Shown: positions 30,215-39,099, counted from the stretch's first letter. The stretch is 64,000 bases of DNA from Microbacterium sp. (GCF_043427715.1 NZ_JBHWTD010000103.1:45730-109729), one strand, 5' to 3'. Program-made: numbers and translations. Notes: generated by a model not told the origin, from the letters alone.

Positions 30215-31500
30215 GCCTTTCCCCCATCCCCGACGCGCTCGCGGCCCTCAAGGAGGGTCGACCGATCCTGGTCGCCGACGACGAGAACCGCGAGAACGAG
30301 GGTGACATCATCCTGTCGGCGCAGCTCGCCTCGCCGGAGTGGCTGGCGTGGACCATCCGCTGGTCGAGCGGGTTCCTGTGCGCGCCGATGCCCGCCGACT
30401 GGGCGGATCGCCTCGACCTCCCACCTATGGTGGAGGTCAACCAGGACAGCAAGGGCACGGCGTACACCGTCAGCGTCGACGCCGCGGACGGCGTGACGAC
30501 GGGCATCAGCGCCTCCGACCGCGCGCGCACCGTGAATGTGCTCGCCGACCCCGACTCCACCCCCGCGTCGCTCATCCGTCCGGGACACGTCCTGCCGCTT
30601 CGGGCCGTCGACGGCGGTGTGCGCGAGCGCGCCGGACACACCGAAGCCGCCGTCGAGCTCATGCAGCTGGCCGGGCTCGCGCCGGTCGCCGTCATCGGCG
30701 AGGTCGTCGCCGATGACGGCAGCATGATGCGGATGCCGGGTCTGCTGGAGATGGGCGAGCGTGAAGGCATTCCGGTCATCACCATTGAGCAGCTGATCGG
30801 CTACCTCGACGGCGTCGAGGGCAGCGGCGCGAGCAGCTCCGCCGCCCACACGCCCGCCGCCGCCAAGCGCCGAGTGAGCCTGCGCGCCGAGGCGAACGTG
30901 CCGACCTCCCACGGATCCTTCCGGTTCCTCGCCTACAAGGACCGCGCCACCGGAACCGACCACATCGCGGTCGTCTCCGGAGACCTCACCGAGGAGGCGC
31001 CGCTCGTGCGGGTGCACTCGGAGTGCCTGACCGGGGAGGCATTCGACTCGCTCAAGTGCGAATGCGGCCCGCAGCTGGATGCCGCGCTCGATGCGATCGA
31101 GCAGGACGGCGGCATCGTCATCTACATGCGCGGCCACGAGGGACGCGGCATCGGCCTCATCAACAAGCTCCGCGCCTACAGCCTCCAGGAGCGCGGGATG
31201 GACACCGTCGACGCGAACCTCGCCCTCGGGCTCCCCGCGGACGCCCGCGACTACGCCGCCACCGCCGGCATCCTCCAGGATCTCGGCGTGCGCCAGATCC
31301 GTCTCCTCACCAACAACACCGACAAGGTCGCGCAGCTGAAGAACCTCGGGCTGTCGATCGTCGAGCAGGTGCCGCTGCTCGTTGGCGTCGGCGCGAACAA
31401 CCACCAGTACCTGGCGACGAAGGCCGAGCGCATGGGCCACATCATCGACGCCGACGACCTGCGCGACGCGCTCGCGCACAGCGAGGAGCACACGGCATGA
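30211..31500 (+). CDS. ribBA: bifunctional 3,4-dihydroxy-2-butanone-4-phosphate synthase / GTP cyclohydrolase II
   Basis: DDENRENEGD (DHBP synthase) and HSECLTGEAFDSLKCECGPQL (GCH II zinc site). The TTG start overlaps the ribE stop. Confidence 0.9.
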   Translation: MSLSPIPDALAALKEGRPILVADDENRENEGDIILSAQLASPEWLAWTIRWSSGFLCAPMPADWADRLDLPPMVEVNQDSKGTAYTVSVDAADGVTTGISASDRARTVNVLADPDSTPASLIRPGHVLPLRAVDGGVRERAGHTEAAVELMQLAGLAPVAVIGEVVADDGSMMRMPGLLEMGEREGIPVITIEQLIGYLDGVEGSGASSSAAHTPAAAKRRVSLRAEANVPTSHGSFRFLAYKDRATGTDHIAVVSGDLTEEAPLVRVHSECLTGEAFDSLKCECGPQLDAALDAIEQDGGIVIYMRGHEGRGIGLINKLRAYSLQERGMDTVDANLALGLPADARDYAATAGILQDLGVRQIRLLTNNTDKVAQLKNLGLSIVEQVPLLVGVGANNHQYLATKAERMGHIIDADDLRDALAHSEEHTA

Positions 31501-31970
31501 GCGGTCACGGAGCACCGAAGACGGAGCGAGTCGACGGCACGGGACTGGAGGTCGTGGTCGTCGCCGGACAGTGGCACGACGTCATCACGGATGGTCTCAT
31601 CGCCGGCGCCGCACGCGTGCTCGATGCCTCCGGCGCGTCATGGCGGCTCGTGCGCGTCGCCGGGTCGTTCGAGCTTCCCGTCGTGGCCAAGGCCGCGTTG
31701 GACGCGGGGGCGGATGCGGCCGTGGCCCTGGGCGTCATCATCCGCGGCGGGACCCCGCACTTCGACTTCGTGTCGGCGGCGGCGACCGACGGGCTCACGC
31801 GGGTCGCGTTGGACACAGGCAAGCCGGTCGGGTTCGGGGTCCTGACCCTGGACGACGAGCAGCAAGGCATCGACCGTGCCGGTCTCGCAGGGTCGAAGGA
31901 GGACAAGGGCGCCGAAGCCGCAGATGCCGCGCTGCGCACCGCCCTGACGCTGCGGGAGCTGCGCGGCTGA
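31497..31970 (+). CDS. ribH: 6,7-dimethyl-8-ribityllumazine synthase
   Basis: ATG 31497 overlaps the ribBA stop (ATGA). Contains GSFELPVVAKA and GVIIRGGTPHFDFV. Confidence 0.9.
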   Translation: MSGHGAPKTERVDGTGLEVVVVAGQWHDVITDGLIAGAARVLDASGASWRLVRVAGSFELPVVAKAALDAGADAAVALGVIIRGGTPHFDFVSAAATDGLTRVALDTGKPVGFGVLTLDDEQQGIDRAGLAGSKEDKGAEAADAALRTALTLRELRG

Positions 31971-32032
31971 CCACCGCTCACGTCGACGCGGCAGTTGCCG
32001 ACGACGCGTCGGCATCCTGGATTACCTTCAGG

Positions 32033-32038
32033 TATCCT
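32033..32038 (+). promoter_or_regulatory. -10-like TATCCT, 6 nt before the ATG of the small membrane protein gene
   Basis: Reads TATCCT-gagggc-ATG. A short hairpin GCCGACG-acg-CGTCGGC lies just upstream, after ribH. Confidence 0.4.
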
Positions 32039-32044
32039 GAGGGC

Positions 32045-32392
32045 ATGGAGATCCTGCGCGGTGTCGTCGTCCTCATCCATCTGATCGGCTTCGCCACTCT
32101 CTTCGGCTCGTGGCTCGTCGAGCTCTTCGGCCAGAAGCGAATCACGAAGCTCATGCACTGGGGCCTCGCGATCGCGATGGGCGCCGGCGTGATCCTCTCG
32201 GCGCCGTGGGGCATCGACTACGACCTCAACCACGTCAAGATCGCGATCAAGCTCGGCGTGCTCATCGTCATCGGCGCCCTGCTCGGCATCGGTTCGGCGC
32301 GTGCGCGCAAGAGCGGGTCGGTCCCCGCGGGCATCTTCTGGCCCGTCGGCATCCTCACCCTCGTCAACGCGGGTCTCGCCGTCATCTGGTGA
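32045..32392 (+). CDS. small integral membrane protein (about 4 TM), function unknown
   Basis: The 115-aa hydrophobic product (MEILRGVVVLIHLIGFATLFGSWLVELF...) has GC-rich third positions. It follows ribH and is followed by a hairpin. Confidence 0.6.
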   Translation: MEILRGVVVLIHLIGFATLFGSWLVELFGQKRITKLMHWGLAIAMGAGVILSAPWGIDYDLNHVKIAIKLGVLIVIGALLGIGSARARKSGSVPAGIFWPVGILTLVNAGLAVIW

Positions 32393-32400
32393 CCCGCTCT

Positions 32401-32430
32401 CCCCGCGGTCCCCACACGTGGACTGCGGGG
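32401..32430 (+). terminator. Hairpin after the small membrane protein gene
   Basis: Stem CCCCGCgGTCC-ccacacgt-GGACtGCGGGG. Confidence 0.5.
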
Positions 32431-32593
32431 ACCCGACCTGATCAGGCGGGGTAAACTGGACGATTGTGCGCCGGCGACCCCGCCGGCGCTTCCGGTTGCC
32501 AACGCGATCCGCCCCGACACCACCCCGTCCCCGGGCAGACCGCCGCCGAGATGTCCCACGAGGACCCTTCCGCTCTCCCCGAAGGTCTCCTGC

Positions 32594-34048
32594 ATGTCCT
32601 CTGCTTCTGCAGCCCCGGCGGCTCCCGCCGCCCCCGCCAATCCCCGCTCCCGCGTCATCACCGCGAGCCTCGTCGGCACGACGATCGAGTTCTACGACTT
32701 CTACGTCTACGCGACCGCCGCCGTCCTCGTCTTCCCGATCCTCTTCTTCCCGAGCGACAACGAGACCGCCTCCCTCCTCTCGTCGTTCGCGGTCTTCGGT
32801 GCCGCCATGGTCGCGCGCCCCATCGGCGCCGTCATCTTCGGCCACTTCGGCGACAAGTTCGGCCGCAAGGCCACGCTCGTGGCATCCCTGCTCACCATGG
32901 GTATCGCGACGATCCTCATCGGCTGCCTGCCGACCTTCAACGACATCGGCGCGTGGGCAGCCCTCCTCCTGCTGATCCTCCGCCTCTTCCAGGGCTTCGC
33001 CCTCGGCGGCGAGTGGTCGGGCGCCGCGCTCGTCGCGACCGAGAACGCACCCAAGGGCAAGCGCGCCTGGTACGGCACCTTCCCGCAGCTGGGCGCCCCG
33101 ATCGGGTTCATCATCGCCAACACGGTCTTCCTGCTGATCTACTTCGCGCTGCCGCACCCCGACGGCGCGGGCCTGCGCTCCGAGGAGTTCCTCGCGTGGG
33201 GCTGGCGCGTGCCGTTCCTGTTCTCGGCCGTCATGGTCATCGTCGGCCTCTGGGTGCGCCTCAAGCTCGTCGAGTCGTCGACGTTCTCGCGCGCCGAGAA
33301 GAGCGGCTCGCTGTCGAAATTCCCCCTCGGCACTGTCTTCCGTCGCCACTGGTGGCAGATGATCATCGGCACGTTCATCATGCTCGCGACCTACGTCCTC
33401 TTCTACCTGATGACGAGCTTCACGCTCTCGTACGGCACGAAGGCGACACGAGAGGGTGCTGAGGCCGCAGCCGCAGCCGGCGGCCCCGCCTACGACGCGG
33501 CAACCTACGTGCCCGGTCTCGGCTTCGGCTACACGGACTTCGTCATCATGCAGATCATCGGCGTGGTCTTCTTCGGCATCTTCACGCTTCTGTCGGGTCC
33601 CGTCGCCGACGCCATCGGTCGCCGCAAGCTCCTCATGTGGGTGACGGGCGCGATCGTCGTCTTCGGTCTCCTGTTCAATGTGTTCCTGCTGCCGCAGGCC
33701 GACCCGAAGTTCTCGGGCGCTCTGGTGCAGGCGTTCCTCATCTTCGGGTTCCTCCTCATGGGGTCGACCTTCGGACCGATGGGCGCCCTGCTGCCCGAGC
33801 TGTTCCCGACGAACGTCCGCTACACCGGCTCGGCCGTGTCGTACAACGTCTCGTCGATCCTTGGTGCCGCGCTCGCACCGATCGTCGCCGTCGCCCTCTG
33901 GGCGGCCGCCGACGGTTCGCCGTGGCTCGTCGGCGTGTACCTCACCGGCTCGGCTGTCCTCACCTTCATCGCCCTGTGGCTCTCGAAGGAGACCAAGGAC
34001 GTCGACTACGACACCTTCATCGGCGAGGTTCAGCCCACCAAGCGCTGA
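32594..34048 (+). CDS. MFS transporter, metabolite:H+ symporter (MHS) family
   Basis: EFYDFYVY and GAVIFGHFGDKFGRK are signatures of ProP/KgtP/ShiA-type symporters. There are about 12 TM helices. Confidence 0.85.
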   Translation: MSSASAAPAAPAAPANPRSRVITASLVGTTIEFYDFYVYATAAVLVFPILFFPSDNETASLLSSFAVFGAAMVARPIGAVIFGHFGDKFGRKATLVASLLTMGIATILIGCLPTFNDIGAWAALLLLILRLFQGFALGGEWSGAALVATENAPKGKRAWYGTFPQLGAPIGFIIANTVFLLIYFALPHPDGAGLRSEEFLAWGWRVPFLFSAVMVIVGLWVRLKLVESSTFSRAEKSGSLSKFPLGTVFRRHWWQMIIGTFIMLATYVLFYLMTSFTLSYGTKATREGAEAAAAAGGPAYDAATYVPGLGFGYTDFVIMQIIGVVFFGIFTLLSGPVADAIGRRKLLMWVTGAIVVFGLLFNVFLLPQADPKFSGALVQAFLIFGFLLMGSTFGPMGALLPELFPTNVRYTGSAVSYNVSSILGAALAPIVAVALWAAADGSPWLVGVYLTGSAVLTFIALWLSKETKDVDYDTFIGEVQPTKR

Positions 34049-34063
34049 CCTGCCCTTCACACG

Positions 34064-34104
34064 CGGATGCCGCGTCCCGCCGTCTCGGCAGGGCGCGGCA
34101 TCCG
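34064..34104. terminator. Long hairpin between the convergent MFS and ABC-2 genes
   Basis: The 11-bp stem CGGATGCCGCG ... CGCGGCATCCG encloses a second imperfect stem. Confidence 0.5.
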
Positions 34105-34222
34105 TCGTTCGGGGTGTCAGGGGGCGCGGCGCGCGAGATGGAGCCGGAACCGCGCGGCGAGGGGGCGCGGGTCGGCAACGTCCCCGGCATGTGGTCCCGG
34201 GGGCGCGAGCGCGGCCCGCGCG

Positions 34223-35038
34223 TCAGTCGAGGAACAGCGCGCGCAGCCGCTTCGTCGTGAAGACCAGTCCGACGGCGATCATGCCGACGTAGTAGAGGAC
34301 GTGCCACAGCATCCCGAGGTGCAGGAGGCCTGTGGTCAGCCCGCGGATCAGTTCGACACCGTGCCACAGCGGCAGCGCCATGACGACGCCCTGCACCCAC
34401 TCGGGGTAGACGGTGATCGGGTAGAACGTCGCCGAGAAGAGGAACATCGGCAGCATGACGAAGTTGATCCAGTCCATCTGCTGGAACGTCTTCATGTAGC
34501 TCGTGATCGCCATGCCGAGGCTCGCGAATCCGAACGCGATGAGCAGCACCGCCGGCAGCGCGAGGATCGCGGTCGCCGCGAGGTTCAGCCCGAGGACCTG
34601 CATGATGACCATGAACCCGGTCGCGTACAGCAGCCCGCGCAGCAGGGCGTAGAGGATCTCCCCGAGGGCGACGTCGAGCGGCCCGAGCGAGGTCGCGAGC
34701 ATGCCCTCGTAGAGCTTGCCGTAGTTCAGCTTGAAGAAGACGTTCCAGGTCGAGTCGTAGACGGCGCCGTTCATCGCCGACACCGCGAGCAGCGCCGGCG
34801 CGATGAACGCGGCGTACGAGACATCGACGCCCTGCGCGGTCTGGACGTCGCCGATGAGCGCGCCGAGGCCGAGCCCCATCGAGGCGAGGTAGAACACTGG
34901 CTCGAAGAAGCCCGACAGGACGACGACCCAGCTCGACGAGCGCGCCGCGAGGAACCCGCGCTGCACGACGGCCCCGGGGTTGCCGGCCCAGAGGGCGCGG
35001 ACGCCGCCGCGCCGGGAGACGGATGCCACGGCGGTCAC
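34223..35038 (-). CDS. ABC-2 type exporter permease
   Basis: The 271-aa polytopic protein has an ABC-2 topology. GTG 35038 overlaps the upstream stop (GTGA). The longer ORF-track version is rejected. Confidence 0.8.
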   Translation of the reverse strand: MTAVASVSRRGGVRALWAGNPGAVVQRGFLAARSSSWVVVLSGFFEPVFYLASMGLGLGALIGDVQTAQGVDVSYAAFIAPALLAVSAMNGAVYDSTWNVFFKLNYGKLYEGMLATSLGPLDVALGEILYALLRGLLYATGFMVIMQVLGLNLAATAILALPAVLLIAFGFASLGMAITSYMKTFQQMDWINFVMLPMFLFSATFYPITVYPEWVQGVVMALPLWHGVELIRGLTTGLLHLGMLWHVLYYVGMIAVGLVFTTKRLRALFLD

Positions 35039-35928
35039 TTCGCGAGCCTTTCGATGAAGATCTTGCGACCCCAGAGGTAGCCGATGCCGGTGAGGACGAC
35101 GAGGTAGGCGATGTGAACGCCCACCATCGCGGGCGGGACGGCTGCGCCGTAGGTGGCGATGCGTCCGAGCTCGGCGCCGTGCCACAGCGGCGAGATCCAG
35201 CCGATCCACTGCAACCACACCGGCAGGGTGTCGAGCGGGTAGAACGTGCCCGAGAACAGGAACATCGGCATGAACAGGAACCGCTGCACGAGCGCGAACT
35301 GGCCCTTGTCGTCCTCGATCGATCCGGCGTAGGCCATGAGCGGCACACCGAACGCAATACCGGCGGCGATGCCGGCGGGGATCGCGAGCCACCCGGTCTC
35401 GGGCTGCGGCACGGTCGTCCAGCCGACACCGAGCGCGCCGAGCAGCCAGATGAAGAGGTAGTACGCGGCAACGGCGAACGCCATGCGCGCCGTCGCCCCG
35501 ACGATGACCCCGTTCGCGATCTGCGGACTCGACAGCGGCGACGCGTTGAACCCGTAGAAGTAACGGCGCCACTTGAATCCGGCCATGACCGGGTAGGTCA
35601 TCTCTTCGGATGCCACGGCGATCGCGGCCGTCACCAGCAGCGCCGGCGCGACGAAGACGAGGTAGTCCACCTCGACGCCACGATCGACGATGGGCGCCTG
35701 GATGAGCGCGGCGAGCCCCGCGGCGAGCCCGAGCAGGTAGAGGATCGGCTGTCCGAGCGCGCCGACCACGATCGTCCAGCCGTACGCGCGCATCGCCCGA
35801 ACCATGTGCTCGGTGACGTACCAGGTGCCGCGGCGGCGCGGCTTCCGACCCCACTCCAGTGCCTCCGCGCGGAGCTCGTCGAGGCTGGGCTGCGTCGACG
35901 TCGTGGCATCCATCGATTCGGCGCTCAT
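35035..35928 (-). CDS. ABC-2 type exporter permease
   Basis: A 297-aa polytopic protein, paralogous in architecture to the downstream permease. Its ATG overlaps the ATPase stop. Confidence 0.8.
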   Translation of the reverse strand: MSAESMDATTSTQPSLDELRAEALEWGRKPRRRGTWYVTEHMVRAMRAYGWTIVVGALGQPILYLLGLAAGLAALIQAPIVDRGVEVDYLVFVAPALLVTAAIAVASEEMTYPVMAGFKWRRYFYGFNASPLSSPQIANGVIVGATARMAFAVAAYYLFIWLLGALGVGWTTVPQPETGWLAIPAGIAAGIAFGVPLMAYAGSIEDDKGQFALVQRFLFMPMFLFSGTFYPLDTLPVWLQWIGWISPLWHGAELGRIATYGAAVPPAMVGVHIAYLVVLTGIGYLWGRKIFIERLAK

Positions 35929-36866
35929 TCGATCAGCGACCGTCCGGTGAGGCGGAGGAAGACGTCCTCCAGGCTGGAGCGGCGGACGAGACTCGTGATC
36001 GGCTGCAGCCCCGCCGCGGTGACGCGTTCGAGGGCTGCCTCGCCGTCTGCGGCGTAGACGAGGACGCGGTCGGGGAGCACCTCGACGCGATCGCCGATGC
36101 CCTGCAACTGCGGGGCGACCTGCTCGTTCCGGTCGGATCCGAAGCGCACCTCGAGCACCTCCCGGCTGGAGTGCTCGCGGATGAGCGAGGCGGGCGTCCC
36201 CTCGGCCATGATGCGGCCCTTGTCCACGACGATGAGCCGGTCGCAGAGCTGCTCGGCCTCATCCATGTAGTGGGTTGTCAGGACGAGTGTCGTGCCGCGC
36301 TCTTTGAGTCGGAACAGACGATCCCACAGGACGTGCCGCGCCTGCGGGTCGAGGCCCGTCGTCGGCTCGTCGAGGAGCAGGATGCGCGGGTCGTTGATGA
36401 GCCCGCGCGCGATCGTGAGGCGGCGCTTCATGCCGCCGGAGAGCTGATCAACCTTGCTCTTGGCCTTGTCCTCGAGCTGCGCGAACGCGAGCAGCTCATC
36501 GGCCTTCTGGGCGCACACGTTGCCGGGCAGTCCGAAGTAGCGCCCGTAGATGTACAGGTTCTCCCGCGCGTTCAGCTCGCCGTCGAGGTTGTCCTGCTGC
36601 GGCACGACGCCCAGGCGCGAGCGGATCTCGGGGCCATAGCGGTCGGGGTCGAGGCCGAGGATCTCCAGTTCGCCCGCCGTGCGAGTCGAGACCGCCCCGA
36701 TCATCTTCATGGTCGTCGACTTGCCGGCGCCGTTCGGCCCGAGCAGGCCGAACGACTCGCCCGGCGCGACCTCGAAGTCGAGGCCGTCCACTGCGAGGAA
36801 GTCGGGCTTCCCCTTGGTCCGGTAGGTCTTCACGAGACCGCGGGCGGAGATGACAGGTTCAGGCAC
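35925..36866 (-). CDS. ABC transporter ATP-binding protein (DrrA/NodI-like)
   Basis: Walker A GPNGAGKST, signature LSGGMKRRL and Walker B LLLDEPTTGLD. The GTG start is at 36866. Confidence 0.9.
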   Translation of the reverse strand: MPEPVISARGLVKTYRTKGKPDFLAVDGLDFEVAPGESFGLLGPNGAGKSTTMKMIGAVSTRTAGELEILGLDPDRYGPEIRSRLGVVPQQDNLDGELNARENLYIYGRYFGLPGNVCAQKADELLAFAQLEDKAKSKVDQLSGGMKRRLTIARGLINDPRILLLDEPTTGLDPQARHVLWDRLFRLKERGTTLVLTTHYMDEAEQLCDRLIVVDKGRIMAEGTPASLIREHSSREVLEVRFGSDRNEQVAPQLQGIGDRVEVLPDRVLVYAADGEAALERVTAAGLQPITSLVRRSSLEDVFLRLTGRSLIE

Positions 36867-36872
36867 CCGTCA

Positions 36873-36878
36873 ACCTTA
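36873..36878 (-). promoter_or_regulatory. -10-like TAAGGT, 6 nt before the GTG of the ABC-2 operon ATPase (leaderless arrangement)
   Basis: The minus strand reads TAAGGT-tgacgg-GTG. Confidence 0.45.
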
Positions 36879-36962
36879 GTGCGGGGCTCCGACATCCATA
36901 CCGGCCACCCCCGCCCGACGCCGGCCGGCAGCGCGCGGGCTCACACCTGATTCGTCTGCTGC

Positions 36963-37000
36963 GCGGCCAGTCCCGCGCACAGCGGCCAGTCCCGCGCACA
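36963..37000. repeat. Perfect tandem duplication of a 19-mer (GCGGCCAGTCCCGCGCACA x2)
   Basis: Units at 36963-36981 and 36982-37000 are identical. The first unit overlaps the inverted repeat TGCGCGG-N6-CCGCGCA. The repeat lies between two divergent ABC operons. Confidence 0.9.
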
Positions 37001-37055
37001 GCACGTAGGCACGAAGATAGGAGGTACGCCTTCCCAGAACTCAGGACGCCCACAC

Positions 37056-39020
37056 ATGTCTTCCGACACCGCCCGCCGCACCCGCGGCATCCGCCGTTCA
37101 CGCAAAGAGGACGGGCCCCGCGCCAGCCTGAAGCAGCTGCTGCCCTTCCTCCTCGAGCACAAGAAGGTGCTCATCGTGGTGGCCGTCCTCAGCGTTGCCG
37201 AAGCGATCGCGACGCTGCTGCAGCCGCTGCTGGTGGGCGAGCTCATCTCGCGCGTACAGGAGAGCGTGCCGCTCGGCGCGCTCATCTGGGCCCTCATCGG
37301 TCTCGTGGTGGCGTCGTCGGTCATCGGCGGGTTCCAGCATTACCTCCTGCAGCGCACCGGCACCGCCGTCGTCTACTCGAGCCGCCGCCGTCTCATCGCG
37401 AAGCTCCTGCACCTGCCCGTCCGGGAGTATGACGCGCGCCGGACGGGCGACCTCGTGTCCCGCGTCGGCACGGACACGACGCTCCTCTACGCCGTCCTCA
37501 CCCAGGGACTGGCCGATTCGCTCGGCAACGTGCTCATCTTCGTCGGTGCCATCGTCGCGATGCTCGTCATCGACCCGCTGCTGCTGGCCAGCATCATCGT
37601 CGTGATCGGCGCCTCGGTCGCCGTCGTCGGCGCGCTCAGCGGTCGCATCCGCCGCGCGACGCAGGCACAGCAGGAGAAAGTCGGCGAGCTCGCCTCGGGC
37701 GTCGAGCGCGCCGTCGGATCGATCCGCACGATCCGCGCCGCAGGCGCCGCCGCCCGCGAGGAGGACGCCATCCGCGAGACGGCTGCCGGAGCGTATGCCG
37801 CGGGTCTCGATGTCGCCAAGGCGTCGGCCCTCGTCGTCCCCGTCGCAGGCGTCGCCCTGCAGCTCTCGCTCCTCGTCGTCCTCGGCGTCGGCGGCTTCCG
37901 CGTCGCCGCGGGCGCGATCTCCATCGCCGAGCTCGTCGTGTTCGTCATGTTCCTGTTCTTCCTCGTCCAGCCGCTCGCCTCCTTCTTCGGGGCGCTCACC
38001 TCGGTCAACCAGGCGCTCGGCGCACTGGGGCGCATCCAGGAGGTCCTCGACCTCGACGACGAGACGGCGCACGACGCCGAGCTCGCGGCATCCGTTCAGC
38101 GGGATGCCGCGCCCGCGAGCACCGCGGCCGAGGTCGGCGCGATGGCGACCGAGCCCGACGCCGCGGCCACGCGCTCCGCACAGGATCACGCGAGCGATGC
38201 CGCCGTGGAGTTCCGGGACGTGCACTTCTCCTACCCCGCTGCCGTCATCGAGGCACGGCGCGGCGCGACGGACGAGGCGCTGAAGACCCTCGCCGACGGG
38301 CACGTGCCGCTGCCGGAGGAGACCGCCGCGCCCGCCGAGGGCGAGGTGCTGCGAGGGGTCTCTTTCCGCGTGCCGCGCGGTGCTCGCGTGGCCCTCGTCG
38401 GCCCGTCGGGCGCCGGCAAGTCGACGACGCTGTCGCTCATCGAGCGGTTCTACGACCCCACCTCCGGCGCCGTGCTCATCGGCGGAACGGACGCGCGGAC
38501 GCTCGACCGCCTCGCCCTGCGCGCTCAGCTCGGCTACGTCGAGCAGGACGCCCCGACCCTCGCGGGCACCCTCGCCGACAACCTGCGGCTGGCGTCCCCC
38601 GCCGCCACCGATGCGGACTGCGAGCGGGTGCTCCGCGCCGTGAACCTCGGGGATGTGCTCGAGCGCAATCCGCTCGGGCTGGACGCGCCGGTGGGTGAGG
38701 CGGGTGTCATGCTCTCCGGCGGCGAGCGTCAGCGTCTCGCGATCGCCCGTGCCCTGCTCGCTGCTCCCCCGATCCTGCTGCTCGACGAGTCGACGTCCTC
38801 GCTCGACGGGCTCAACGAGCAGCGCATGCGCGAGGCCATCGACGCCGTGGCATCCGGTCGCACCCTCATCGTCATCGCGCACCGACTGTCGACCGTCGTC
38901 GACAGCGACCTGATCATCGTCCTGGAGGACGGCCGCGTCGTCGGACAGGGCACGCACGCCGAGCTCGTCGAGACCGTGCCGCTGTACCGCGACCTCGCCG
39001 CCCGCCAGCTCCTGGTCTGA
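37056..39020 (+). CDS. fused TMD-NBD ABC exporter (type I exporter fold)
   Basis: Six-TM N-terminal half, Walker A GPSGAGKST, signature LSGGERQRLAIARA, Walker B LLLDESTSSLD and H-loop AHRLST. It also carries an unusual Ala-rich linker and an insertion. Confidence 0.9.
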   Translation: MSSDTARRTRGIRRSRKEDGPRASLKQLLPFLLEHKKVLIVVAVLSVAEAIATLLQPLLVGELISRVQESVPLGALIWALIGLVVASSVIGGFQHYLLQRTGTAVVYSSRRRLIAKLLHLPVREYDARRTGDLVSRVGTDTTLLYAVLTQGLADSLGNVLIFVGAIVAMLVIDPLLLASIIVVIGASVAVVGALSGRIRRATQAQQEKVGELASGVERAVGSIRTIRAAGAAAREEDAIRETAAGAYAAGLDVAKASALVVPVAGVALQLSLLVVLGVGGFRVAAGAISIAELVVFVMFLFFLVQPLASFFGALTSVNQALGALGRIQEVLDLDDETAHDAELAASVQRDAAPASTAAEVGAMATEPDAAATRSAQDHASDAAVEFRDVHFSYPAAVIEARRGATDEALKTLADGHVPLPEETAAPAEGEVLRGVSFRVPRGARVALVGPSGAGKSTTLSLIERFYDPTSGAVLIGGTDARTLDRLALRAQLGYVEQDAPTLAGTLADNLRLASPAATDADCERVLRAVNLGDVLERNPLGLDAPVGEAGVMLSGGERQRLAIARALLAAPPILLLDESTSSLDGLNEQRMREAIDAVASGRTLIVIAHRLSTVVDSDLIIVLEDGRVVGQGTHAELVETVPLYRDLAARQLLV

Positions 39021-39068
39021 CCACGCCCACCGGCCGAGCCGTGCACTCGGCGCTGAGCCGGACACGCG

Positions 39069-39099
39069 AGAGGGCCCCTGCACCGTGCAGGGACCCTCT
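39069..39099. terminator. Hairpin between the convergent ABC exporter gene and pckG
   Basis: Stem AGAGGGcCCCTGCA-ccg-TGCAGGGaCCCTCT (13 of 14 bp). Confidence 0.55.

Noticed and set aside
31505-34060. 851-aa minus-strand ORF spanning ribH, the small membrane gene and the MFS gene
   Set aside because: It is antisense to three plus-strand genes with good motifs. It is extremely Arg/Glu/Asp/Gly-rich and crosses intergenic hairpins.
37098-39083. 661-aa minus-strand ORF antisense to the fused ABC exporter. Similar cases are 52433..54673 (antisense to icd), 57246..59273 (antisense to the ABC subunit), 59833..61413 and 62099..63076.
   Set aside because: All of them mirror genes carrying canonical Walker, signature or enzyme motifs, and all have low-complexity charged composition. 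They are treated as high-GC shadow ORFs.
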